Of a stretch of 64,000 nucleotides of DNA, positions 53,850-63,015 are shown piece after piece. The stretch spans positions 505 through 64,504 of the forward strand of contig JAJECC010000109.1 in assembly GCA_022822205.1 (NCBI GenBank), given 5' to 3'. The notes beneath the pieces are model-generated. The model was not told the origin of the DNA and did not search any database. It was given only the letters and a program-made list of their open reading frames with translations. Within the stretch, counting starts at the first letter, position 1; each line of letters starts with the position of its first letter. Made by a program: the position numbers and the translations under genes. This DNA is from Rhodospirillales bacterium. Its GTDB lineage: Bacteria > Pseudomonadota > Alphaproteobacteria > Rhodospirillales > UBA2165.

Positions 53850-55382
53850 ATGAACGCTTCGGACCGCCCGAACCTGTTGCTCATCACCTCGGACCAGCAA
53901 CGGGGGGACTGTTACGGGTTTGCCGGCCGCCGGGTGTCGACCCCGCATTTGGACGCATTCCGCCGCCAAGGCACATGGCTGAAAAACGCCATCACCCCCA
54001 ATGTGGTCTGTCAGCCCGCCAGGGCTTCCATCCTGACCGGTCAGCTTCCCAGGACGCATGGGGTTCACGACAACGGCATCGACCTCGACCCGGCCACCGG
54101 CGAAAAAGGCTTCGCCGGAAGCCTCAGCCGCGCCGGATACGACACGGCATTTATCGGCAAGGCGCACTTCGCCAGCTTTTTGACCTTCGAGCCGACCGGC
54201 ACGCCTGAATGCCTGGAGTCTTCCGCCGAATACGGGGAAGACTGGCATGGGCCGTATATGGGCTTTGAGCATGTGGAACTGGTGCTCGTCGGCCACAATT
54301 ATTTTCCGCCGGAGACGCCCCCGAAGGGACAACATTATGAGCGCTGGTTCCACGCGGACGGCAACGGGGCGGAGAAAATCCGCCTATATGGGGAAAATGC
54401 ACGCGACACCAAGGGCGCGGCGCAAACGTTTCATTCCCGGCTGCCGACGGCCTGGCACAATTCCAACTGGGTCGCGGACCGGTCCATCGGCTGGCTGGAA
54501 CAAAGGCGGGACAAGCCGTTTGCCGCCTGGATCAGTTTCCCGGATCCGCACCACCCCTTCGACTGTCCGGAACCCTGGTCCTACCTGCACCGGCTGGAAG
54601 ACGTGGACCTGCCGGAACACCGCACCCGGGACTTCGAACGCCGGCCGTGGTGGCATCGGGCGGTCCTGGAGGGCAAACCGACCGGCAGCGAAACCCAGGC
54701 GGCCATCCGGACCGGGTACAGCCGCATTCAGCCTCAGACCGACGGCCAGTTGCGGGAAATTATCGCCAACACCTACGGCATGCTGTCGCTCATCGATCAC
54801 AATGTGGGCCGCATCCTGAACAGGCTCGACGAGCTGGGGATGGCGGAAAACACCATCGTCATCTACACGTCCGACCACGGAGACTGGCTGGGCGACCACG
54901 GCCTCATCCTGAAGGGTCCGATGCACTATGAAGGGCTGCTGCGGGTCGGCATGATCGCCCGAGGGCCCGGTATCCGGGAAAACGCCACCGTGGAAGCCCC
55001 AGCGTCGACCCTGGATATCGCTTCGACATTTGCCGACTATGCGGGCGCGGGACTGCGGCTGAGCCAACACGGAACTTCCCTGCGCGGACTGCTGGAGGGG
55101 ACGGACGGCAGCCGCGATTTCGCCTACAATGAATGGGATCTCCATTCCAACCGGACAGGCGTAAATCTGGACCTCCGAACCGTCAGGACCGAGGGTGAGA
55201 AACTCACAGTAGACCTGCATTCCGGCACCGGTGAAATGTACGACCTCGGGAACGATCCGGATGAAATGGAGAACCTATACGACGACCCGGCGCATAAAGG
55301 CCTCAGAGAAACGCTCACCGACATGATCGACAGCCGGCCCGACGACGCGCTGGGACGGCGGGAACCGGTCGGAATGGCGTAG
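53850..55382 (+). CDS. Cys-type sulfatase (arylsulfatase family), no signal peptide
   Basis: The ATG at 53850 gives MNASDRPNLLLITSDQQRGD. The formylglycine motif CQPARASILTG (CxPxR) is present. The track ORF start at 53652 is implausible. Confidence 0.9.
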   Translation: MNASDRPNLLLITSDQQRGDCYGFAGRRVSTPHLDAFRRQGTWLKNAITPNVVCQPARASILTGQLPRTHGVHDNGIDLDPATGEKGFAGSLSRAGYDTAFIGKAHFASFLTFEPTGTPECLESSAEYGEDWHGPYMGFEHVELVLVGHNYFPPETPPKGQHYERWFHADGNGAEKIRLYGENARDTKGAAQTFHSRLPTAWHNSNWVADRSIGWLEQRRDKPFAAWISFPDPHHPFDCPEPWSYLHRLEDVDLPEHRTRDFERRPWWHRAVLEGKPTGSETQAAIRTGYSRIQPQTDGQLREIIANTYGMLSLIDHNVGRILNRLDELGMAENTIVIYTSDHGDWLGDHGLILKGPMHYEGLLRVGMIARGPGIRENATVEAPASTLDIASTFADYAGAGLRLSQHGTSLRGLLEGTDGSRDFAYNEWDLHSNRTGVNLDLRTVRTEGEKLTVDLHSGTGEMYDLGNDPDEMENLYDDPAHKGLRETLTDMIDSRPDDALGRREPVGMA

Positions 55383-55562
55383 GGCGTTTTTCATGCTCTC
55401 CGGCGCCCGCATCTCTACGGCCAAGCCGGAATGATCGAAACGGCATTCGCTCCGGCGCACCGACCGGCCGGACCGCTTGCGGGACGCCGGGCGGCGTGCT
55501 AGGTCCGGGGAAACGTCCGGAAAGCGCCGCTGACCGGCGCGCCACCTTAACCGAGGAGACCG

Positions 55563-56375
55563 ATGATGAAGACCAAGGCGCTGATTTCGATCCTCGCGCC
55601 GCTGTGCGCTTTCATGATCGTTTCGGCCGATGGCCGTTCGGCGAACGGCGCCGAGCAGCGCCCGGCGGCTCTCGTCGAATGGCAGTCCCGGGAGGGCGCC
55701 GAGCGGTTCTCCCGGTCGGCCCACAGGACGGACTTCTTCCCGCTCAGCAATCACTTCATCAGTCAGGACAACGCCATATTCTGCGGTCCGGTCTCGTCGG
55801 CCATCGTGCTGAACGCGCTGCGGCTGGGCAAGCGCGAGGGACTGCCGCGGGACCGGAGCTCGATCGCCGAGAACGAGATGGCCTGGCTCTGGAAGGGGGC
55901 CGACCCGTTCTACGGCAAGTACACGCCCAACAACGTGCTCAGCGAGCGGACCAAAACCCGGCTCGAGGTCCTGGGCAAGCCCATCCTCATCAAGGGCGAG
56001 CGGAAGCGCGACTACGGCCTGCAGCTGCGCCAGCTCGCACAGGTCCTGAGAAGCCACGGCCTCGAGGTCGTGACCCGGGTCGTGGACGATGGCGCCGACG
56101 CGGAAGCGATCCGGCGCGAGATCGCCCGGAACCTCGCCGCCGGGGACGACTACGTGCTGGTCAACTACGCGCGCAAGGCGCTGGGCCAGCGGGGCGGCGG
56201 TCACATCTCCCCGCTCGGGACGTACGACGAAGGCAGCGATTCCTTCCTGATCATGGACGTGAACCCCAACCGGGCGCCCTGGGTATGGGTCGCCTCCGGC
56301 GACCTGATCGCGGCGATGCGCACCTTCGATACCGTCGAGAACCGCGGCTACCTTCTGGTCTCGGAAGGAAAGTAG
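55563..56375 (+). CDS. Bacterial phytochelatin-synthase-like (papain-fold) protein with a signal peptide
   Basis: Leader MMKTKALISILAPLCAFMIVSADG. Catalytic-triad contexts are IFCGPVSSAIVLNAL (Cys), GGGHISPLG (His) and FLIMDVNP (Asp). The RBS GAGGAG is present. Confidence 0.75.
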   Translation: MMKTKALISILAPLCAFMIVSADGRSANGAEQRPAALVEWQSREGAERFSRSAHRTDFFPLSNHFISQDNAIFCGPVSSAIVLNALRLGKREGLPRDRSSIAENEMAWLWKGADPFYGKYTPNNVLSERTKTRLEVLGKPILIKGERKRDYGLQLRQLAQVLRSHGLEVVTRVVDDGADAEAIRREIARNLAAGDDYVLVNYARKALGQRGGGHISPLGTYDEGSDSFLIMDVNPNRAPWVWVASGDLIAAMRTFDTVENRGYLLVSEGK

Positions 56376-56519
56376 GCCGGGCCGCGGCCGAAGACCCCGG
56401 ACCGCCCGGGCGCATCACGAGGCTCGGAAGCGCACTGACCTGGATCAGCAGGAATATTGCGTTCCCCGGGGTCTATCGCCGAAGGCGTTCGGAAACCGGC
56501 GAGCCCTGGACAACAAAAT

Positions 56520-56546
56520 CCCGCCGGGCGGCGTTCGCCCGGCGGG
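56520..56546 (-). terminator. Rho-independent terminator for the minus-strand tctC-like gene
   Basis: CCCGCCGGGCG-gcgtt-CGCCCGGCGGG, an 11-bp perfect stem. On the minus strand it is followed by ATTTTGTTG. It lies 39 nt past the stop at 56585. Confidence 0.65.
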
Positions 56547-56584
56547 TTGGTCAAATCAACTGCACCTGCTTCACACCGGTTGGG

Positions 56585-57667
56585 TTATTTCTCGCCCTGG
56601 GCGATGTACTCCTGGAAGAACTTCACCATCTCCGGTCCTACGGTAGCCACCGCATTCTGCGCGGCCAGCGCCCCTTTATAGTTGACGAAGTTCACGGATT
56701 TTCCGAAGGCTTTTTCATGCGCCGCCTTAAAGGCCGGATCGTTCGGAAGAGCCTCCCATCCGGCCTTAATCGCATTGAACGCCGTATCCGGCGTGCCAGC
56801 CGGCAGCCAGACCGAAAGTCCCATGGAGGACAGGTGGGTAAGCACTTTGTAGGCTTCCCAATGCGGGCCCGAGGGCGGCTTGCCGTGCATTTTCTTATGT
56901 ACCTCGTCCAGCGTCGGGACACCCTGTTTGCTCAGAACCGCGTTGGCCGAGGCGCTGCCATCGGCGCCGATCTTCGGATAATCGACCCACAGCATGCCCG
57001 GGCCCTGGTCGACCAGGGAGCTTTTCATCACGGAAACGTATGTTCCGTAGTTCAATCCCAACAGGCTGACCTCACCCGACATGAAGGCCGGGATCTGCTT
57101 CGCCGAACCGCGATAGCCCGGGACGTATTTGTACTTCACGCCGAGCACATCCAGGCCGAGACGTTGGCGCAGGTCGAGGGTCGATGACGGGCTCAGACCC
57201 GCAACGACCAGCGGCTGGCTGCCCTTGCCGATCGTCGTACGGTCGCCGCCGACGAGCACCTTCTTGTTGATGACCGCGGTGTTGATCGCGCTTTCACCGC
57301 CGACCACCCGCATTTTCGAATAGTCGAAGCGAACACCCTTGCGCTTGGTCAGCTGGGCGATGGAAAGCCACGGCGCGCAGAGCATTTCCGAGCCGTTATT
57401 CGGCATCTCGTTCGACGCGTAGTTGTTGGCCTTCAGACCGCCCGCACCGGACATGTTGTTGATGATCACGTCGGGCTTGCCGGGGATGAGACGCGCCAGG
57501 TGCGGCACGACGACACGGAAGAAAGAATCCGTTCCGCCTCCGGGTGCGTAGGGTACGACACAGGTAATCTTCTTACCTGCGTAAAACTCGGCCGCGCCAG
57601 CCGTGGCTGTTGGAAGCAGCGAAACGGCAACCGCCGCCAACGCCAAACTCTTCACTAGTTTCATCAT
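56585..57667 (-). CDS. TTT substrate-binding protein (TctC/Bug-like, long variant)
   Basis: AGGAGG RBS, leader MMKLVKSLALAAVAVSLLPTATAGAA, and VVPYAPGGGTDSFFRV Bug motif. Paralogue of 5064..6161. Confidence 0.8.
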   Translation of the reverse strand: MMKLVKSLALAAVAVSLLPTATAGAAEFYAGKKITCVVPYAPGGGTDSFFRVVVPHLARLIPGKPDVIINNMSGAGGLKANNYASNEMPNNGSEMLCAPWLSIAQLTKRKGVRFDYSKMRVVGGESAINTAVINKKVLVGGDRTTIGKGSQPLVVAGLSPSSTLDLRQRLGLDVLGVKYKYVPGYRGSAKQIPAFMSGEVSLLGLNYGTYVSVMKSSLVDQGPGMLWVDYPKIGADGSASANAVLSKQGVPTLDEVHKKMHGKPPSGPHWEAYKVLTHLSSMGLSVWLPAGTPDTAFNAIKAGWEALPNDPAFKAAHEKAFGKSVNFVNYKGALAAQNAVATVGPEMVKFFQEYIAQGEK

Positions 57668-57794
57668 TTTACCTCCTTGTCAGGTCTATGAATTTCTCTC
57701 CCCGATTTACGCATGATCAGGACAGAGCGGTCACCGGCCTCAACGGGACCGGCGACCATTTTCTCGCTGTCGTCCAGCGGGAATTCGGAATACG

Positions 57795-59813
57795 TCACGC
57801 CCCACCCCCTATCAATTTCAGGATGTAGGGATGCTGAAACGGGATGTGCATGGTGCGGTCGTAAAAGAGTTCGATGAACAGATAGCCCACGGCCGCGTAG
57901 ATCAGGGCGAACCGCAGGGACCGTTTTCCCCAAATGCACAAATAGGCCAGAATGAAACCGGCAATGGCCAGCTTTTGGCCAATCAACCAGGCTCCAAATA
58001 CCGCGACGGCTATCCACAGAACGAACCTCAGGCCTAGCCGCATGCCGGCCTTGTCCAAGGCGGCCCGCCACGCCTCGGCATAACTCGCGAAGGCCCGGCG
58101 CTCCGCGCGGGCAGCCATCATCTCTTTCACGAGAATGATGATGAGAAGCGCGACCGCAACGACTGAAGTCGCGATCGGATACTGACGGTTCGTCGGGTGG
58201 AAATCGATCGCAAGAACGCCGGCCGTGACGAACGCGGCGAGAAAAAAGAGCGCCAGGGCAATGGCGATGAGCGGATTTCTTTCCGCGCCCTCGATCGACA
58301 GTTTGCCGTCAAGCGAATTGTTTGCGGTCAGGGGGGTGCGCCGGGTGCGCAACAGGCCGAGCGCCGTTACCCCGATGGTCAGGACGATGATCACGCCGAT
58401 AATGAGGCTCGGGGTGCGGTCAATCCATCCCAACGTCCCATAGACGCGGTTGGACAGGACCAGCGCGTTCTCCATGTTCGGACCGAGCACCAGCGCAATG
58501 ATCAACGGGGGGCGCGGCCAGCCGGACCGCTTCATGAACAGGCCGACGGCACCCATGATCCACATCAGGATCAAATCGCCCATGGACTGATTGCCGAGCC
58601 AGCTGCCCATGAATACGAACAGGATGACCACGGGAACCAGCAGATGGCCATCGACGAAGATGGCCTTGGCGACCTGACGGCCCAGCATCATCAATAGAAT
58701 CGCGGATGCGATATTCGCGATGATGAGGGTCCAGATCATCGCGAACGTGATGTCGAGCTTGGTCGTCAGCATCTCCACGCCGGGGCGCAATCCCTGGATT
58801 AGCATCGCGCCGAGCAGGATGGACATGGCGAAGTCGCCGGGTATGCCGAAGGTCAAGGTCGGGATGAGCGCCCCGCCCCGCTGGGCGTTGTTGGCCGACT
58901 CGGGAGCGATCACGCCGCGGATATCGCCTCGGCCGAATTTGTTCTCGCCCTTGGTGGTTTGAACCGCCATGCCGTAAGCGGCCCAATCGACGATGGAGGC
59001 ACCCAGCCCCGGCAACATGCCGATATAGACTCCCAGCACCGAACCCTTGATCACCAGCCACCAGTTGGCGAAGGTGTCCTTGATCCCCTGCAGCATCCCG
59101 CCGCCCCGCGATTGGTCGCTCGGGACGCGGGAAATCGAAGTGTTCTTCGTGGCGAGTTCCAACAGTTCCGGAATTGCGAACAGGCCGAGCACAACCGCGA
59201 CCAGCGGCGGCGTATTGAGCATGTACTCGATGCCGAAATAGTAACGGGCCTCTCCATTGAAGGTTTCTTCGCCGATTGTGCCGAGCATCATGCCGAAAGC
59301 GCCGATGACCAGGCCCTTGGTGACGGAACTGCCGGAAAGCGATCCAACCATGCAGATGCCCAGCAGGGAGAGCATGAAGAATTCCGGTGTGGAAAACAGG
59401 GTGAGGATCGGCTTGATCACCGGCAGCGAGAACATGAGCACGACGGCGCCGATTACGCCGCCGATCGCCGAGCAGGTATAGGCGGCGCCAAGCGCCCGGT
59501 TGGCCTGCCCCATTTGGGCCAGCGGATAGCCGTCCAATATGGTCGCCTGCGAGGCAACGGTGCCCGGAATACCCAGCATGACGGATGCGATGGTGTCGCT
59601 GGTCGTGGTGACCGCGAACATTCCCAGCATCAGCGCAAAGGCCGAGACCGGCTCCATTGTATAGGTGAACGGCAGCAGCAGGATCAGGCCGGTGACTCCG
59701 CCGATCCCGGGCAACGCCCCCAGCCAGACACCCAGGAATATACCAAACCCCAGATAGCCGATGGCGGGCCAACTGAAGACCTGGCTCAAGCCGATGAGGA
59801 CCGCATCAAACAT
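57795..59813 (-). CDS. TTT large permease TctA with a fused C-terminal TctB-like extension (672 aa)
   Basis: Same architecture as 2962..5013, with LPGIGGVTGLILLLPF and GIPGDFAMSILLGA motifs. It has an extra ~165-aa hydrophobic tail. No tctB gene is present at this locus. Confidence 0.85.
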   Translation of the reverse strand: MFDAVLIGLSQVFSWPAIGYLGFGIFLGVWLGALPGIGGVTGLILLLPFTYTMEPVSAFALMLGMFAVTTTSDTIASVMLGIPGTVASQATILDGYPLAQMGQANRALGAAYTCSAIGGVIGAVVLMFSLPVIKPILTLFSTPEFFMLSLLGICMVGSLSGSSVTKGLVIGAFGMMLGTIGEETFNGEARYYFGIEYMLNTPPLVAVVLGLFAIPELLELATKNTSISRVPSDQSRGGGMLQGIKDTFANWWLVIKGSVLGVYIGMLPGLGASIVDWAAYGMAVQTTKGENKFGRGDIRGVIAPESANNAQRGGALIPTLTFGIPGDFAMSILLGAMLIQGLRPGVEMLTTKLDITFAMIWTLIIANIASAILLMMLGRQVAKAIFVDGHLLVPVVILFVFMGSWLGNQSMGDLILMWIMGAVGLFMKRSGWPRPPLIIALVLGPNMENALVLSNRVYGTLGWIDRTPSLIIGVIIVLTIGVTALGLLRTRRTPLTANNSLDGKLSIEGAERNPLIAIALALFFLAAFVTAGVLAIDFHPTNRQYPIATSVVAVALLIIILVKEMMAARAERRAFASYAEAWRAALDKAGMRLGLRFVLWIAVAVFGAWLIGQKLAIAGFILAYLCIWGKRSLRFALIYAAVGYLFIELFYDRTMHIPFQHPYILKLIGGGA

Positions 59814-59861
59814 GAGCGACTTGACCCATTGGTGACGCGGTTCTCGAACCCGGGCGCGGCG

Positions 59862-61448
59862 TCATTGGTACCATTTCCAGTCTCTGAGAATTTCGCGCGC
59901 GGCGTTGTGCCCGGGTACGGCGGACACCGCGCCGCCCGGATGTGTCGATGCGCCGCACTGGTACAGATTGTGTACGGGTGAGCGATAGTCGGCATAACGG
60001 GGCACCGGCCGCATGAAGAACAGCTGGTCCAGGGTCAGCTCTCCATGCTGCGAATTGCCGCCCGGCAGATTGATATCCGCTTCGATGTCCTTCGGCGTGT
60101 AGAGCTTGTAGTCGATCACGCTGTCGGAGAATCCCGGCGCAAAGCGGTCCAACACCCCGAAGGCGTTCCTGACCAATTGCGGCCCCTCGTGATCCCAGTT
60201 CGAGTTGCGCAACTCGTACGGGGTCGCACCGCCCTGGACGACGACGACGTGCTTGCCGTCCGGCGCCAAAGTCGGGTCCGTATAGCTGGGCACATTCGGA
60301 GAAAGAAACGGCTCGGTCGAGTACCAGCCGAATTTGGCGTCATGAAAGGCCTGTTCGAGAAACTCGGGCGTCGGGCAGATATGGACATAGGCGGGATATT
60401 CGATCCCCGTCTTCTCTTTGCTGAATCCCTTGTATTGGGGCAGCCGATCCACGGCCAAAAGCAGTTTGAATCCCATTCCCCGGGATCTGAAGCCCTTTAC
60501 GTCGTCCACGAATTCTTCCGGCAGATGGCATCCGTCCACCATATCGAGGAACGTGCGTTTGACGTTTACGTTCGAGATTATCCGGCTGGCGCGGATCTCC
60601 TCGCCGGTCCTCAAACGCACGCCCTCGGCTTTTCCACCGCGCACCAGAATTTCATCGACCCATGAGTCACACTGGATCTCCATGCCATGCGCGGCGCCCG
60701 AAGCCGCGATTGCGTCCGCGATGGCGCCCATTCCGCCTTTGCAGAAGCTCATGCCGGTTTGGCCGATAAGATGGGTAACCAGATAGAAGGCTGTCCCGGG
60801 GCTGTAGGGGCCGACATTGCCGCCAATGGTGGCCCAGAACATGAACTTCGCCTTCACCAGGTCGTTTTCGAACCAGCGGCTGACATAGTCATGTGCACTC
60901 ATCGAAAGCGCATGCAGAAGGTTGTAAACCTCCTTTTCGGCGTTGCGATAACGCCAAGCAAATCGCCCGGTCTTCCACAGCCCCGATAGATCCTTGCGAA
61001 ACGGGTTGAGCGGAGTTTCCATCTGCAGTCTGCGCAGAATTTCGATGGTCGACTGGAGGCGCTCGAAGAACTTGGGGTAGTTGTCGGCGTCGTGCTTCGA
61101 GAAGCGTGCGATCTGTTCGCGCGTCTTGACCGGATCCTTGGAGAACACGATTCCGTCGTCCTCCGTCGGATTGAATACGTTTGGCTGGGGGTAATACTCC
61201 AAGCCGAATTTTCTTAGCTCCAACTCCTCGATGACCTTCGGATGCAGGTGACCCATGATGAAAGAGTAGGTCGAAGCGCGGAAGCCGGGACTATACTCCT
61301 CCGTGACGCTCGCACCGCCCACGTAGGGCTTTTGTTCCACCACCAGCGTTTTCTTGCCGGCGCGGGCCAGATAAGCGCCGCAGGTCAGGCCATTGTGGCC
61401 GCCGCCGATGATTATGGCGTCATACTTACGGGTCATTTGGCGGGTCAT
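59862..61448 (-). CDS. Phytoene-desaturase-related NAD(P)/FAD-dependent oxidoreductase (COG1233 type)
   Basis: YDAIIIGGGHNGLTCGAYLARAGKKTLVVEQ dinucleotide fold. The ATG at 61448 overlaps the upstream stop (ATGA). Other in-frame ATGs are at 61460 and 61436. Confidence 0.85.
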   Translation of the reverse strand: MTRQMTRKYDAIIIGGGHNGLTCGAYLARAGKKTLVVEQKPYVGGASVTEEYSPGFRASTYSFIMGHLHPKVIEELELRKFGLEYYPQPNVFNPTEDDGIVFSKDPVKTREQIARFSKHDADNYPKFFERLQSTIEILRRLQMETPLNPFRKDLSGLWKTGRFAWRYRNAEKEVYNLLHALSMSAHDYVSRWFENDLVKAKFMFWATIGGNVGPYSPGTAFYLVTHLIGQTGMSFCKGGMGAIADAIAASGAAHGMEIQCDSWVDEILVRGGKAEGVRLRTGEEIRASRIISNVNVKRTFLDMVDGCHLPEEFVDDVKGFRSRGMGFKLLLAVDRLPQYKGFSKEKTGIEYPAYVHICPTPEFLEQAFHDAKFGWYSTEPFLSPNVPSYTDPTLAPDGKHVVVVQGGATPYELRNSNWDHEGPQLVRNAFGVLDRFAPGFSDSVIDYKLYTPKDIEADINLPGGNSQHGELTLDQLFFMRPVPRYADYRSPVHNLYQCGASTHPGGAVSAVPGHNAAREILRDWKWYQ

Positions 61449-62242
61449 TTGCCCTTCCAAACCGGTTTGCGTTTCTCGATGAAGGCCGCGAGCCCTTCCT
61501 GGCGATCATGGGAAAACATCAACAACGCCGAGAGATCTCCCCCCGAGTTAAGTGCTTGCTCGAATGTCTGATAGGGCGCCCGGTCAATCGCCTGTTTGAC
61601 CGCCATGACGGCGAGAGGCGCCGATGCGTCCATCTCGACGACCATTTCCACCGCTTTTGTGACCGCCCCGCCGGCGGGCGCCACATGATTGAGAATACCC
61701 AAGGCGAGCGCCTCGTCGGCGTCCACCCGCCTTCCCGTAAATGCCAGTTCCTTCGCCTTGCGCTCGCCAACCGCACGGGCCAAAGACCAGGCGCCGCCTA
61801 GAATCGGGAACAGGCCGAGTTTGGCCTCGGTGATGCCAAAACTCGCCGTCCGGGACCCGACGATGAAGTCGCAGCGGAGCGCGACCTCCATCCCGCCGCC
61901 AAGGGCATGGCCCTCCACCGCCGCAATCACCGGCTTGGTGTAGTTGACGAAGAAGCGCATGAAGTTGTGCAGTCCGCTTCGGGTATAGCGGTAGCGATAC
62001 TTGTCGAACGGGGCCATGTCGCCGGAGGCCGTGTTCTTGACGTCTCCGCCCGCGCAAAATGCCGTATCGTCACCCGTCAGGATCACGGCCGTGACGGCGC
62101 CGTCGCTCTCCCAGATTTCCATCTGCGCCCGCGTCTCGGCAAGCATACGTTCGGTCAGTGCGTTTCGCGCCTCGGGCCTGGCGAAGCGGATAATTCCCGC
62201 ATTGCCGTTCGTCTCCACCCGGATCTCCGATGGGGCGGCCAT
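61445..62242 (-). CDS. Enoyl-CoA hydratase/isomerase (crotonase) family protein
   Basis: FCAGGDV oxyanion-hole motif and GHALGGGMEVAL. The start is ATG 62242 or TTG 62254. Confidence 0.85.
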   Translation of the reverse strand: MAAPSEIRVETNGNAGIIRFARPEARNALTERMLAETRAQMEIWESDGAVTAVILTGDDTAFCAGGDVKNTASGDMAPFDKYRYRYTRSGLHNFMRFFVNYTKPVIAAVEGHALGGGMEVALRCDFIVGSRTASFGITEAKLGLFPILGGAWSLARAVGERKAKELAFTGRRVDADEALALGILNHVAPAGGAVTKAVEMVVEMDASAPLAVMAVKQAIDRAPYQTFEQALNSGGDLSALLMFSHDRQEGLAAFIEKRKPVWKGK

Positions 62243-62246
62243 CGTC

Positions 62247-62924
62247 TCACACAAGCATTTCTATGGTTTGGTCGGTCGTTCTCACGTCGCCGAAGGATTG
62301 GTAAAACGAGGTCAATCCGGCCAGGTGATCGTCGTCGTATCGGGCCGCGTTCGCGTCCTCGACCATCACCACCTTGTAGTCCAGCATCATGGCGTCACGA
62401 GCCGTGGACTCGCTGCACATGTTGGTCGCCGTGCCCGCCACGATCAGGTTTTCGATACCCAGTCCCTGCAAAATGTCGTGCAAATCCGAAGCGCCGACGA
62501 TGAACGGCGAGAAGCGTCTCTTGGTGACGATACGGTCGTCGTCCTTGACCTCGAGGTCGGGATAAATTTCGTAGCCCTCGTTGCCGGGGCTGAGTTTGGT
62601 CAGGTGGTTCCGGCCCTTCGCTTCGGTGAAGAAATACTCATGGTAGATCCGCCATTGGCTGGGCGCGCCTTCGTTTTCGGCGCACCGCATGATCACCCAA
62701 ATGACCGGCGCACCTTTCTCCCTGCAGGCCGCGGCAAGCCGATTGATGTTGGGCACGATCGAAATGGCCGTGTCCACCTCGGCCACGTAGAAATTCTGCA
62801 TGTCGATGACGAGGAGTACGGTCTTGGGCGCTTCGAACGTGTCGAATACTTCCAGCCTTCCCCGCTTGGCCATGATCCTTTCGATCACGTAGTCGGGGAT
62901 TTTCACATCATGGGGCATGCCCAT
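62247..62924 (-). CDS. Isochorismatase-family cysteine hydrolase
   Basis: LLVIDMQNFY (Asp) and AGTATNMCSESTARDA (Cys) motifs. 225 aa. Confidence 0.85.
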   Translation of the reverse strand: MGMPHDVKIPDYVIERIMAKRGRLEVFDTFEAPKTVLLVIDMQNFYVAEVDTAISIVPNINRLAAACREKGAPVIWVIMRCAENEGAPSQWRIYHEYFFTEAKGRNHLTKLSPGNEGYEIYPDLEVKDDDRIVTKRRFSPFIVGASDLHDILQGLGIENLIVAGTATNMCSESTARDAMMLDYKVVMVEDANAARYDDDHLAGLTSFYQSFGDVRTTDQTIEMLV

Positions 62925-63015
62925 TTCCTCCCATTAGATTATTATCTTTGCCCACTTTATCCCACTAGTGGAGCGTTTCAAAATAGTTTTTGCCCGTCGC
63001 TGGATCGGGAGAAAT

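Noticed and set aside
55275-57187. 309-aa minus-strand and 563-aa plus-strand ORFs across the PCS-like gene and the tctC-like gene
   Set aside because: They are Arg-rich shadow frames. They cross a strong terminator hairpin and real gene boundaries.
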